From NCBI RefSeq assembly GCF_006345805.1, contig NC_043005.1, forward strand, positions 37,200,001-37,264,000: a stretch of 64,000 nucleotides of DNA, written 5' to 3'. Under the pieces are notes generated by a model. That model was given only the letters and a program-made list of their open reading frames with translations, made no database searches and was not told the origin of the DNA. A program made the position numbers and the translations under genes. Within the stretch, counting starts at the first letter, position 1, and every line of letters begins with the position of its first letter. Origin of the DNA: Octopus sinensis (Eukaryota). Shown piece after piece: positions 26,583 through 39,571 of this stretch.

Positions 26583-26673
26583 AATTTGGTACGATTGTTT
26601 CATACTACATCATTTTATTAAATGTTGTAAGTATTATAACAGTTTTAAAATGCTGAGCACTCATCAGCCAATT
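26583..26673 (-). ncRNA. type I hammerhead ribozyme motif with extended stem II (Penelope-type)
   Basis: minus strand: aattgg-CTGATGA-[59-nt hairpin gtgct...agtat]-GAAA-caatcg-TA-ccaaatt; core nucleotides intact, stem I complementary. Confidence 0.7.
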
Positions 26674-26809
26674 ATAGATGTGGATTTAAATTTTAAGAAC
26701 ATTTGAGGTAGTGGAGCCCATCAACTGGCTGACTAAGATTTGGTTGCTCTAGACTACTGTATATATACCTTATCATACTGTATGTGTATATATATACACC
26801 TTAGCATAC

Positions 26810-26884
<75 letters not shown>

Positions 26885-27511
26885 TATGATAAAACATATA
26901 TCTTAACATACTATACATATTTAACATACTATATAGTATGCTTAGAATACTGTTTTGGTGAAATCTGATTGGTGATTATTTTGTCAGTGTGTGCATGTGA
27001 CAGGCAAGACTGTCAACTGTTTGAACTGATTTTTGCAAAATTGGAGGTAGTTACACTCTAATAGATTTTCAAAGGTAGTGAATGATTTGAGCTGAAACAT
27101 AGGAATTGAGATTTTGATCCATGAGAATGTCATGAATAACTGTATATGTGGAAAAGAAAATTTTGTTTTCTTGTAAACTAAAATAGTTTGTACAGGTGTA
27201 TTTACTTGTATGGGTTGAATCTGTTAAAACATTATCTTTGTCATCCACCTTCCTGTGCTTGTACGAATAGAATTAGATTCCTTGAAGCAGAATTTTTGTG
27301 GCTGGATGCCCTTCTTGGCAGCAACACTCACCATATATGGTAATATTTCCCCAAGGCTAGATATATTTTCACTGCAGATTGGAAACAAAGGACATTGCTT
27401 GTATGAGGCTGACACTCATTAAAAGGAGGAGACACTAATACATATACACAAATGTACAAGCGTGCACGTATACATGTGTATCTGTCTGTATATTCTGTCT
27501 GTCTGTCTGTC

Positions 27512-27558
<47 letters not shown>

Positions 27559-27610
27559 ATATATATTATATATATATATATATTATATATATATATATAT
27601 ATACACACAG

Positions 27611-27650
<40 letters not shown>

Positions 27651-27769
27651 GTATATATACACACACACATATACATGTGTAGATATACACTCATACATAT
27701 ATGCAATGAATGTACACACATCTCTTTGTCCTGTTCAATGTTCACTTTTGCCCTACTTCTAACATCGTC

Positions 27770-28190
27770 ATTATCATCATCATCTTTTAATGTCCATTTT
27801 CCATGCTGGTATGAGTCGGACGGTTTGACAGAAGCTAATCAGCTGAAAGGTTATTCAGGCTCCATGTCTGTTTCGGCATGATTTCTATGGCTGGATGCCC
27901 TTCCTAATGCCAGAATGCTCTGGGTGCTTTTTACATGGCACCTTCACTTATGAGCCCATGAGATTAAGGATGCTCAGCAGCAGAGGGTTGCAAGGAGCGA
28001 GCCTGGATGCAAGAGTAACCATGCTTGTACTTAGCTTGGTGTGCCTTTTCTTGGTCCCCTGTCATCCTCTCTGTGAGTCCTAATGTTTCTAGACCCTTTC
28101 TCACCTGTTCATCCCACTTCTCCCTGAGTCTACCCCTTCTACAATTTAAGATTGGCACTTCTTGATGCAACTGTTATATTCACATAATTT
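27770..28190 (-). mobile_element. RTE-type 3' end
   Basis: minus ORF RGRLREKWDEQVRKGLETLGLTE; ggctggatgcccttcctaatgcc; (cat)n tail. Confidence 0.8.
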
Positions 28191-28573
28191 ACTTATGATA
28201 GTTTTTTTCTCACAAAAACATGCACTCACATGTGCATGCGCGTGCACACACACACACACACATACACACACACACACACAAATGTGCACACTGCCAATTG
28301 TCCATTTTATTGTGTTCATGTACACATATAAACACACACATACACACACACACACTATTTCTCCAGCAATCACTATTTCATTTTACTGTTTTAGTACACA
28401 CGTACACTCCTGATACTCTCACACACACATACGCATATATATATATATATATATATGCACACTATGCACACACATACACACACATGCATACAACTCTCAT
28501 GCACACACTGCTTATATCTCCTATGTACATAAACACAGAAACAAAAACATGTATGCATGTATGTATATATATA

Positions 28574-28804
28574 TATTTCTTTATTGCCCACAAGGGGCTA
28601 AACATAGAGGGGACAAACAAAGATAGACAAACGAATTAAGTCGATTACAACGACCCCAGTGTGTAACTGGTACTTAATTTATCGACCCCGAAAGGATGAA
28701 AGGCAAAGTCGACCTCGGCAGAATTTGAACTCAGAACGCAGCGGCGGACGAAATACCGCAAAGCATTTCGCCCGGTGTGCTAACGATTCTGCCAGCTCGC
28801 CGCC
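28574..28804 (-). mobile_element. young, CpG-rich tRNA-derived SINE, family B
   Basis: minus strand ggcggcgagctggcagaatcgttagc (A-box-like), gagttcaaattc (B-box-like), body gaggtcgactttgcctttcatcctttcggggtcgataaa (recalled as resembling the Meta/MESC SINE domain). Confidence 0.9.
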
Positions 28805-29642
28805 TTATGTGTATATATGCATACACGTGTGTATGTGTATATACACACACAGACACACAAGCACAGGTAGCTATGTATCACTTCCTTGCCACGAAGCCCA
28901 CAATGATCCTTTTATGTTTCACATCCAGGGAATCAAAGGATGAATGTATAAACTGATCCCCTGTGCATATTTTTCATCATTCTGCTTTTTTTTTAATCCC
29001 CTTTCTTCTTCTATTCTTTATCTTCCCAGTTTCTCCTGTACTTTTGTCCATTATCTGAAGAATGACTAATTCTGTAATGTAATATTCTTTATTGTCTCCA
29101 GTCTTCCTTCAGCATCAAACTAATAAAATTGATTGACTGTAAATGTATCCTGTACTTTCGTTGTTTCATGTGTGTGTATATATCATCATCATACTCATCA
29201 TCATTTAACACTCATTTTGTATGCTGACAGTTTGACTAAAGTTGGCAAACCAGAAAGCTGCACCAGGCTCCAATCTGATTTCGTCTTGGCTTCTATGGTT
29301 GTATGCTGTTCATAATGCCAACCACTCCAAGAGTGTAGTGGGTGCCTTTTATGTGTCACTATCACAGGTGCTTTTTACGTGCCATTAGTTCTGTCTGTGA
29401 CTATGATTTATATATGTTCATATAAATATGTATACACCTTTTCAAGATTTGAACGAATCAGGTATTTAAATAGTAAAAGCACCAAGGTAGAGTTGGAGAT
29501 AGTGCACCTGTGTACTGACTATGTATATTGATATATGTGCACTTACTAAATTAAATAAGGATTTTTTTTTCTGTTTATACATGCATTACTGAGTAACAGA
29601 CTGAATCCACGTGTCACTGAAGTCATATCAGGGCACACTCAC

Positions 29643-29694
29643 CGCATGTATTTCACTTCAATTACAGACTCCAGATCCAAACTTATGGAGGGTT
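29643..29694 (-). other. candidate 52-nt internal exon
   Basis: acceptor ttttcacccaactcAG, donor gcg|GTGAGT, single open frame PSISLDLESVIEVKYM(R); no homology recognised. Confidence 0.3.
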
Positions 29695-30095
29695 CTGAGT
29701 TGGGTGAAAATTAAATTATAACAAAGATGGGTTGCAATATGTATTCATACAAACATGTTCCCATACATATTTGCATATAAGTGTGTGTATGTATATGTGT
29801 GTATACACATGAACTCTTATATGATCCTGTTTAGTAGTATCTGATAGGGTCCCAGTTGTGGGTTAACCAGCATGTAAAGCACTGGGAGTGAAGGTCCCCT
29901 AGTTCTCAAAACTTCCTTCAAGGAAAAGGTAAACTCATAAAAAACTTGAAATGAAGTCAATTTCTGGTCATCTCAACCACTGTTGTGCCACTGGTTTTAG
30001 AACTGATCGCTCTGAAAATGCTGTGAGCACTTAAAACAATGAGTTGACCTTGACTATATATGCAAACACACACACACAAATAAATATACACACAA

Positions 30096-30128
<33 letters not shown>

Positions 30129-30416
30129 AAAACATATACACATACATATATACATACACATATATACATATACTCACACACATATATATACACACACACA
30201 TATATATATATATATTTAAAACTTACTTGGAAATATGTATGCATATATATAAATGTATATATGTATGTATATATTTATAAAAGTAAGGAGTGGGAAGATA
30301 AATGTACTTACAATGTTAATAGACATATTTTATTGTATATTGTCCACTTTCTTGTCATCTGTATAAGCCACATAAATGCTTGAAGCTTACTAACTTCCTA
30401 CAATACTTACTGATTG

Positions 30417-30455
<39 letters not shown>

Positions 30456-31182
30456 TACACACTTTTAAATTGGGTGTGGCAAATGCCTCAGAGCACACTC
30501 AAGCAAAGCTCCTATGCTTCTTTTTGTTGGCTATCACCTGTTATTCCCTTCTTCTAGAGTAATCCTATGGAATAGTTATACACCTTGAACTACTTACAGC
30601 TTAGGATAAATATAGTAATAATGCAATGCATTGATAAAGTCTAAAAATATCCACCCGCAAGTCACTTTTGTTATTGCATATGTGTGTGTGTGTGTGCTCA
30701 TGAATATATCTGTCTATAAAAACATACACATGCATATCTCCTCCACACACACACATGTTCATATGAACACAGATGTATAGACACTTATACACACATATAT
30801 ATACGCAGACATGTCTGCCAGTACAGATTGGAAAAGACTATAACTGTACAATACAATAATGAAATTGAAGAATGGGTCAGTTTACATGAATTCTTCTGTT
30901 GTCTTCAAACTAAACTTATTGGTGAAGAATCATCACGAAGACAAAATTTACCCCTCCACCCCACCCACCGAAAATATACAGAGATAAACAGAAGCTAAAG
31001 GAAAAAGCAGATCTGTTTCACCCACCATCATGTATTCTCAACTAAATTTTTTTTTTTATGTCCATTCTTCAATGCAAAAGTAAGACAATAAAATGAGTCA
31101 GGAAATACATATATTGACTAAGATATATTTTGTGCTATTGTATTTCACATCTGAGATATCTTTGTAAAAAATAAACAGACAA

Positions 31183-31239
31183 ATGAATGAATGAATAAAT
31201 AGATAAATAAATAAGTGAATGAATGAATGAATGAGTGAA

Positions 31240-31275
<36 letters not shown>

Positions 31276-31287
31276 AAATAAATAAAA
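31183..31287. repeat. (ATGA)n/(AATA)n tetranucleotide repeat
   Basis: direct reading. Confidence 0.9.
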
Positions 31288-31887
31288 TATTGCTTAAGCT
31301 TAGAGAGAGAGGGTTATTTTTTTGTTTGGAGAAAGTGAACAGTTTGAGTTGAATAACCGTACATTGAATGATTTATAGACAGAAAAATTATTGATGAAAG
31401 AACACTTTATGTGCATGCATAGTGAGTGAGTATACGTTTGTGTGTGTTTGTGTGTTTGCATGTGTCCTCTGATGGCTATATGCATTTGGTTGGTTGTGTG
31501 TATGTGTGCTCAAGTTTTAATGTGTAGACACATAAAACTGCTCAATACACGTTTGCGACAAAACTATAAGAGCATAAAGCATGTGAGCGTTTGTTTCCTG
31601 AAGTATGTGTATGTTTGGTTCTGTTAACTGAAAAACAAACTTAATCTTAACTAACACATACGCACACACACACACACACACACACATACACACGCACATT
31701 GAAAAGTTATCACAACAATTGTTTTGCCATCACATTGGTATTAGGTGTATGGATATATATATGTGTACATATATGTGTGTTTGTGTTTGATTGGAAATAC
31801 GTACACACATCTGTATAAACAGAATATGTGTATATAAAAAAAATATACATGCATGTGAGTGTGCTGGTATAAAACTGTGTGGATTTG

Positions 31888-31927
<40 letters not shown>

Positions 31928-33948
31928 GCACACATGCACTATTTTTTTGGTTATTATCAGAAAAATGAAGCTACAAGCTATTTAAAAGACTACATAGAGC
32001 AGAGTGGTTTATAAGCAATGGAGTAAAAAAGTCTGCTGAGTACTACGATCATATTTTTGTTATACTCATCAAATTTTCTTACAGTACAACATATAAACAC
32101 ACACGCATGCACACACACTCACACGCGTGTGCACACACATGCACAGATATTGACAGAATTGTCTTTGAAACTTAAAGAAAAAATTTCCTCATGATTTTGC
32201 TCCGTGTTTCATCTTATTTGTTTTATCTGCTTGTCCCCTATGTTGTAGTTGAAAATGATAAAACAAGCCATATCATATATATGTTTTTGTGTGTATTGAA
32301 ATGGGAATTAAGCTTAGAAAAAATATGATCCTTGATGCTAGGTTGTATGAATAGAAGCTAGAATGTGGTTTAGTTTTTCTTTGTTTCAAAGCTGAGCGGT
32401 ACAAAGTTCTGTGATTTTATTTCTTGCCTTCAAACAGCAGTGTATATGCACATGCATGTGTATACAGAACACATGTATGTTATTGCCTGTAAATATGATT
32501 TTGTATGTGAATGTATTTATATTTCATTCCTTAATACATATTCACTATATGTATTTATAATTACGTTATACATACACACATACGTATATGCACTAATTTA
32601 TACACACATGATGAGTGATACTGCAAGCTATTCCACTGATGGAAACACTTTAGATAGGCTAAGTCTACAGTTACAAAGTATAAATTTAAAGATTGGATCA
32701 CTTTATCAGCAGTATGCAAAGAATAGAAGAGTGGCAATGCCTTTGGTTTTGGAGGTTATACATAAATTAATACAGAGGAGTGAGATTTTTACTGTTTCTA
32801 AACCTAAAATACAAAAGTTTATAGTGATATCTGTTGAAGCCATGATTAGTGAACTTTGTGTAGTTTCTCTGGATACTGTCAGGTGATGTGAGAGATACTC
32901 ACTATACCATTCCTATGGAGAGACAAGATTCTTGAGGCAAAAAGTAAATTGATTTTGACAGTCGGATATAATTGCTGAAGTAGAATCTGTGCAGATTTGT
33001 ATTTCTGATTATGATGTTTAATGATGGAAGTACTTTTGTCTTGGCAAGTATAACTAATCTTGATATTGTGTTAAATAAAGAGCTTGTGGTATTTTTATGT
33101 AGGTCACAGGAGATAGCTTTCAAGTAATAGGAGATTCCTATCTATATTCTTTGAGATGTCTATGCTATAGATGAGGAGGAGGTTTAAAATAGGTTACTTT
33201 TCTCTTACTCTCTTCTCATTTAAGTTGTTGAGGTGTATCCTATGTGAATGAACACCCCCCCACACACACACACACAAACAGAGTACACACTCATGCACAC
33301 CAATGCATCATTATTGATAGCAGTGGGCTAGAGGGTCATCACAGTCTAAGTCCTTTCTTTTGTGAATCACTGGCCCGATGTGTCATTTGGCTTGAGATAA
33401 TTTTTCATGGCACCAGCACCAGAGAGACTGTCCCACTCACCAATCCCTGTGAAGGAAGCACAGCAGTGGGATAGTGGTTCTGTCATGGCATCATCACAAC
33501 TGAGTTTACACTGTACACAACAAATTCAGAAAGTACTTAGTAATCTAAGACGCATAGACCAAGGAGGAAAACAAGGGAAAGAGTCAACGTTGGTGGATGA
33601 GTGGTGAATGTGATAAGTGTAATCTGAACCATATTGAGGTATTCATTGATCATTTTGATAAAATCGTCTGTAACCATTTGACTGTCTAGTCTGTTACTTG
33701 GCCTCCTTCACTGGTTTATATGGTTTATAGTTTGTAATATTTAAACTCTATAAACAAAGTGTTGATTTCAACTAATTTTCTGTAATCTTAAACCTAGACA
33801 TTGCATTATATATACATTGAAATAATCTTGTATAAAATTTTGTGCATCCACACATGCATACACACACACACACACATACATACATACATGCTTACATATG
33901 CATCCTTCCATGCATGCACATACACTTATGTATGTATCCTTCCAGCCA

Positions 33949-33956
<8 letters not shown>

Positions 33957-33999
<43 letters not shown>

Positions 34000-34755
34000 T
34001 TCCATCCATACACATATATATACACTTGCACATATATGTATATCCTTCCATCCATTCACACATACACACATACATAAATACACCTACATACATATTCCTA
34101 CACATGGCTAAATGATAACTTTGTTATACTTATGTTATTGTTTCAATATTTTAATGAAACAGAAATTTGTTTAAATCATTGAGTTTGAAGCTTTATAAGC
34201 AAAAAAGGAAAAAAGAAATACAAGAAAAGTTATTAAACATACAATAATTGTTGAAATAATGACATAAATACAGACTGACGTATCTTTGTATAAAACATTA
34301 TCTATTGTGCTGTGTGAAACCTGCAAAATTCTACAAAATCTTTACTTTCCATTAATTAGTTAGATTAATTTTACATAGTAAAAAAAAAAAAAAAGAATTA
34401 GAGAAAATGATTTAGATATACTTTATGTATCATAGTCACTACTGCAGAGATATTTTAACATTGCAAAATGGGAATTTTTGATTTTTATTCCTTGTTCAAA
34501 GAGCATTAGATACATAACTAAAGTGGATTGAGTCTAGTCTCCCATCAAACAGTGCAGCCTTTTAAATTTTCTTTGTCTTGTATATTCAGGCATGACATTG
34601 TGGTTAAGAAGTTAATTTTACTCTGCAACCACCTGTTTCCATATTAGGTAATATTTCCTTATGACCAGACATACTTTCATGGAAGATCAAAAGAAGCTTG
34701 ACACTAATTGTATGACAATGTCAAGAAACAAACATACATGCACACACACACACAC

Positions 34756-34843
<88 letters not shown>

Positions 34844-35599
34844 TTCCATCCATACACATATATATACACTTGCACATATATGTATATCCTTCCATCCATT
34901 CACACATACACACATACATAAATACACCTACATACATATTCCTACACATGGCTAAATGATAACTTTGTTATACTTATGTTATTGTTTCAATATTTTAATG
35001 AAACAGAAATTTGTTTAAATCATTGAGTTTGAAGCTTTATAAGCAAAAAAGGAAAAAAGAAATACAAGAAAAGTTATTAAACATACAATAATTGTTGAAA
35101 TAATGACATAAATACAGACTGACGTATCTTTGTATAAAACATTATCTATTGTGCTGTGTGAAACCTGCAAAATTCTACAAAATCTTTACTTTCCATTAAT
35201 TAGTTAGATTAATTTTACATAGTAAAAAAAAAAAAAAAGAATTAGAGAAAATGATTTAGATATACTTTATGTATCATAGTCACTACTGCAGAGATATTTT
35301 AACATTGCAAAATGGGAATTTTTGATTTTTATTCCTTGTTCAAAGAGCATTAGATACATAACTAAAGTGGATTGAGTCTAGTCTCCCATCAAACAGTGCA
35401 GCCTTTTAAATTTTCTTTGTCTTGTATATTCAGGCATGACATTGTGGTTAAGAAGTTAATTTTACTCTGCAACCACCTGTTTCCATATTAGGTAATATTT
35501 CCTTATGACCAGACATACTTTCATGGAAGATCAAAAGAAGCTTGACACTAATTGTATGACAATGTCAAGAAACAAACATACATGCACACACACACACAC

Positions 35600-35643
<44 letters not shown>

Positions 35644-35644
35644 G
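33957..35644. repeat. 844-bp tandem duplication (two copies)
   Basis: constant 844 offset (33997/34841; ORFs 34661/35505 and 34708/35552); no differences seen in the segments compared. Confidence 0.95.
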
Positions 35645-35675
<31 letters not shown>

Positions 35676-35806
35676 GTGTGTTCTTTTCTGTGGAAGATCG
35701 TAGCTTTGAAACGTTAAAGACTTTTTCAATTTCCGAGTGTTATTCTAATACATCTGTTTGTTTTCTACACCACCTGTCTTCGTCATTTGTTTTTTTCATA
35801 AATTCT

Positions 35807-35837
<31 letters not shown>

Positions 35838-35843
<6 letters not shown>

Positions 35844-36024
35844 TAGAAGTGCTGAAATGTTTCTGGCTGTGAGGGTGTTGCAAAAGGCTTGGTTGGAGGC
35901 CCAATCATCCAAGTTCTTTTATAGACCTTAGAAAAACTGAAGGACTGCTGCAATAAACGTGGGAATCTGATCCTCTAGTATTTTCTTTTACCCAAAGCCA
36001 GGAACTTTTCAGCACCCCCTCATA
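35838..36024. mobile_element. mariner-type MITE
   Basis: gtgctgaaatgtttctggc ... gccaggaacttttcagcaccccctcata imperfect TIRs in a TA context. Confidence 0.6.
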
Positions 36025-36025
36025 T

Positions 36026-36069
<44 letters not shown>

Positions 36070-36119
36070 TCACTCAGGGTGGACCAAAAGCCATGCACCA
36101 AAACATTTGCCATTTAATT

Positions 36120-36765
36120 TATGAAGTGGTATCAAAACTTCCCAGACTTGTTATGTTTAATAAAAAATAACTTATTTATATGAGTTTTAATATCATCTCC
36201 TTCGAAATAGTCACCTTGTACAGCAATACACTGGTCCTGTGTTCCTGTCACTTTTGAAATCTGGCCTGAAAGTCGTTTTCCATAAGCAAGTCAAGGACCT
36301 TCTACGATTCACTTTGGGTCTCAAAAATAGCTTTGAAACAGTGACCTTTGGGCTGCATTTTCATCTTGGGGAAGAAATGGAAGTCTGCAGGAGCCTATAT
36401 TTGATGAATAGAGCGTCACTTTCTCTGAATTTCCTCCCTCAAATGCTTTAAAATGTCACAGTAGAACTCTTGATTGGTGGTCTGGCCCTAGGGGATGAAT
36501 TCTTGATGTAAATACAGTGAATGTTGTAAAAAAACAATGAGCATTCCCTTGATTGAGCTGCGGCTCTTTCGTGCCTTCTTTGGCCATGCAGATGAAGGCC
36601 TCTTTCATTGTGTGACTGCAGCTTCATCTCATGGTCATATCAGTAGACCCAACTCACATCACTGGTGATGATCCTTGACATGAAGGATGGGTCAGCAGCA
36701 GCACACCGACGGAGATCTTGACTGACTTCGATGCAATGTCCTTTCTGTTCAGTGGTCAGCAATGT
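36120..36765 (-). pseudogene. mariner transposase remnant with 3' TIR
   Basis: minus: DPSFMSRIITSDVSWVY*YD.E (IITGDESWVY), GQTTNQEFYCDIL, APADFHFFPKMK (SPDLAP.DF.LFP), QGDYFEGDD; terminus tatgaagtggtatcaaaa. Confidence 0.88.
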
Positions 36766-37440
36766 TATATTCCCTATTCTTCTCCTCTCCCTTTCACCAT
36801 TCCCTCTCTTTTATTCCTCCTCCTCCTTCTCGTCACTGACATGTGACCAGAGGGAAGCCTTCTTTCCGACTGCTACCTTCAAGTCAACATGGCTTATCCT
36901 GTCCTTCTCATAAGCTGTCTTCTCAATGCGTTCAAAATAATTTTTCCATTGTCTCGCCTAAACAGCTCTCATCGTTTGATTTTACTGGGTTATTCTCCTT
37001 GTCCTGTCTTTTACTGTTTTTCTTTGTATTGGTTTTACTGTCTTGTTTCGTTTTTACTGTCCTGTTCTTGTTACAACTTTTATCCCTCCGCAAAAGATCC
37101 CAAATTTTATTTAATTTGCTTTGTGGGAAGGACTGTTTCAATGAAGTTGTGTCTTGTCCTTACCTTCGAAATGCGGAGTAGCCGAAACAGGGACAGCTGA
37201 AGAAGGGGAATATTCCTTGTGTTGTATGTCTTGTACTCTGTTTTTTCGTTGTTTGAAAAAAGTCTGTTTCCATGTTTTTGTTTTTATGTTCTGTTTCTCA
37301 TTGTGTTCAACATTTTTTGGTGTCCTGTACCCATATATGCATGTATATATGCATATAGATGTAGGTATGTACATATAATGTATGTATAAATGCATATTTT
37401 TATATATTATTTTGTTATTATATGATCGAACACCACATAT
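36766..37440 (+). mobile_element. pyrimidine-rich repeat, probable Penelope-like end
   Basis: distal part matches 24952-25235; contains CTGAAGA and GAAA words; classification is inferred. Confidence 0.45.
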
Positions 37441-37448
37441 CCACTTCC

Positions 37449-37994
37449 AATCAAAAACAGAACCCAAAGGATGTCGTGGTACACGCGTTTCAAGCTTTAT
37501 AAATGACCTTTTCTTACATCAGTGGATAATAGACATAAAGGATGGTTTAAAGCTCTCTTCAGCCACATGCAATTGTTATTCCAAAGAGTTACATCACACT
37601 ATGAAAAATCCAAAAGGTACATGTAGTATTATCCATAATGATAGGTATATCGTATCTCCCTGAGAGAGTGTATTTGTAAAATTTCATAACCAAAAAGGCG
37701 TGTAAGGTATCACTGAATTTCAAAAATCCGGTTATGAAGATCCGGTTATTTGGTTATGAAATTTTACAAATACACTCTCTCAGGGAGATATGATATACCT
37801 ATCATTATGGATAATACTACATGTACCTTTCAGATTTTTCATAGTGTGATGTAACTCTTTGGAATAACAATTGCATGTGGCTGAAGAGAGCTTTAAACCA
37901 TCCTTTATGTCTATTATCCACTGATGTAAGAATAGGTCATTTATAAAGCTTGAAACATGTGTACCGCAACATCCTTTGTGTTCTATTTTTGATT
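37449..37994. repeat. long inverted repeat / fold-back element (~246-bp arms, ~54-bp spacer)
   Basis: 37449-37694 is the reverse complement of 37749-37994 with about 10 mismatches by eye; the ORF track shows the same peptide on both strands. Confidence 0.95.
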
Positions 37995-38061
37995 TTATTT
38001 TATATATGTACCCTCTCACCTCTGCCACTAGCTGGCGTGTACAGGTGCTTACACTTATCAA

Positions 38062-38099
<38 letters not shown>

Positions 38100-38105
<6 letters not shown>

Positions 38106-38265
38106 ATCTTCTACTTTTTGTTTACTAAATTCACCCACAAGTCTTGTGTTGGCTTGAGGCTATTGTAGAAATGACTTGCTCAAGGTACTACAAGCAGTGC
38201 AACTGAAACTGGAACCATGTGATTGGGAAGCTAACTTCTTAACTACACTACCATGCCTGTACCTA
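38100..38265 (-). mobile_element. SINE family A, 5' half
   Basis: aaattcacccacaag...gacttgctcaaggt...ggaaccatgtgattgggaagc. Confidence 0.7.
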
Positions 38266-38568
38266 TACACCCACGGCTGCATTTATATATCTACAACATA
38301 ATGCAGTTCTACATGTAGATATATGAAGAAAATTTTTTTTCTTTTACATTTTATAGATTACAATACTGTTAAGAAATGAATCAAAAGCTGAACATAAGAA
38401 ACACTATATTAGATATATAAACGTCTATGTGTGTGTATGTGTGCTTTAAATGGCTAACCTGCCTTCCTCTACAATGTGATATTTAATAATGGGAAATGGA
38501 AATACCCTGAAAGCCAATAACTTTAAACACGAATTTGTATGAAAATTCACGCAACAGCAACACATAGG

Positions 38569-38628
<60 letters not shown>

Positions 38629-38697
38629 AGTAGTAGTTGTAGTAGTATTGTTGTTGTTATTATTATTACTATTGTTGCTTTGTTATTATTATCATTA

Positions 38698-38741
<44 letters not shown>

Positions 38742-38742
38742 G
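38569..38742. repeat. (ATT)n microsatellite tract
   Basis: direct reading. Confidence 0.95.
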
Positions 38743-39384
38743 ATGCACAGTCTTATATGCTTGTTTGTACACATGTGTGTGTGCATAAACACACATGTTT
38801 GCTTATATTATATAAACACAATATAGCTTCATTCTTTTTCAATTTCAATAAAGCCTTCGAACAAAATGAATGATATATTCAAACAAAAAACTACAAGATC
38901 ATCATCATCATCAACAACATCATCATCATCATCATCAGCATCAGCATCAGCAACAAAGCACTATATTCGCAAAGTAATAACAGTGAAAAGAAAACAAGAC
39001 CAATATATGGTAATGAACAAAAGTAACGACACCTACAGCAAACATTATATTAGTCCTTTATTTTTCAATTAAGAAAAATCTAATGGTTTGGCATAAAAAA
39101 AAAAAGACCTATAAAAGTATTCTTTGAAGTATCATCAATGAGATATCCAAATTTATTCCCAGCATTTTCTTAATGAATAACTATTAAGGTAGATTAGATG
39201 CCTGATAGCAAAACATTAGAGCTACTTGTAAATTGAATTTTCTTCATAAGAAAAATTGAATAAAATTTTCAGTTAGGAAATTCTGAAGGTGTTTTAAAAA
39301 CAGATTTTAATTTTTATATAATATCTTAATATTTCATTCCCTTTTCTTTCTTTCATTTGTTTTATATTACCGTTCCTCCCAGAA

Positions 39385-39571
39385 TTCTTCTTCTTCTTCT
39401 TCTTTTCTTCTTCTTCTTCTTCTTCTTCTTCTTCTTCTCCTTCTTCTTCTCCTTCTTCTTCTTCTTCTTCTTCTTCTTCTTCTCCTTCTTCTTCTTCTCC
39501 TTCTTTTCCTCTTCTTCCTCCTCCTCCTTCTTCTTCTTCTTCTTCTTCTTCTTCTTCTTCTTCTTCTTCTC
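39385..39571. repeat. (TTC)n/(TCC)n polypyrimidine microsatellite
   Basis: ~190-bp pure pyrimidine run. Confidence 0.95.

Noticed and set aside
32609-32886. ~90-codon non-repetitive plus-strand ORF
   Set aside because: No recognisable domain; the opposite strand has endonuclease-like words (KGIATLL, TISRL) in an inconsistent order, so neither reading is supportable.
37155-37220. GAAA ... CTGAAGA words as a type II hammerhead (also at 24955-25000)
   Set aside because: Could not build stem III with an NUH triplet and stem I.
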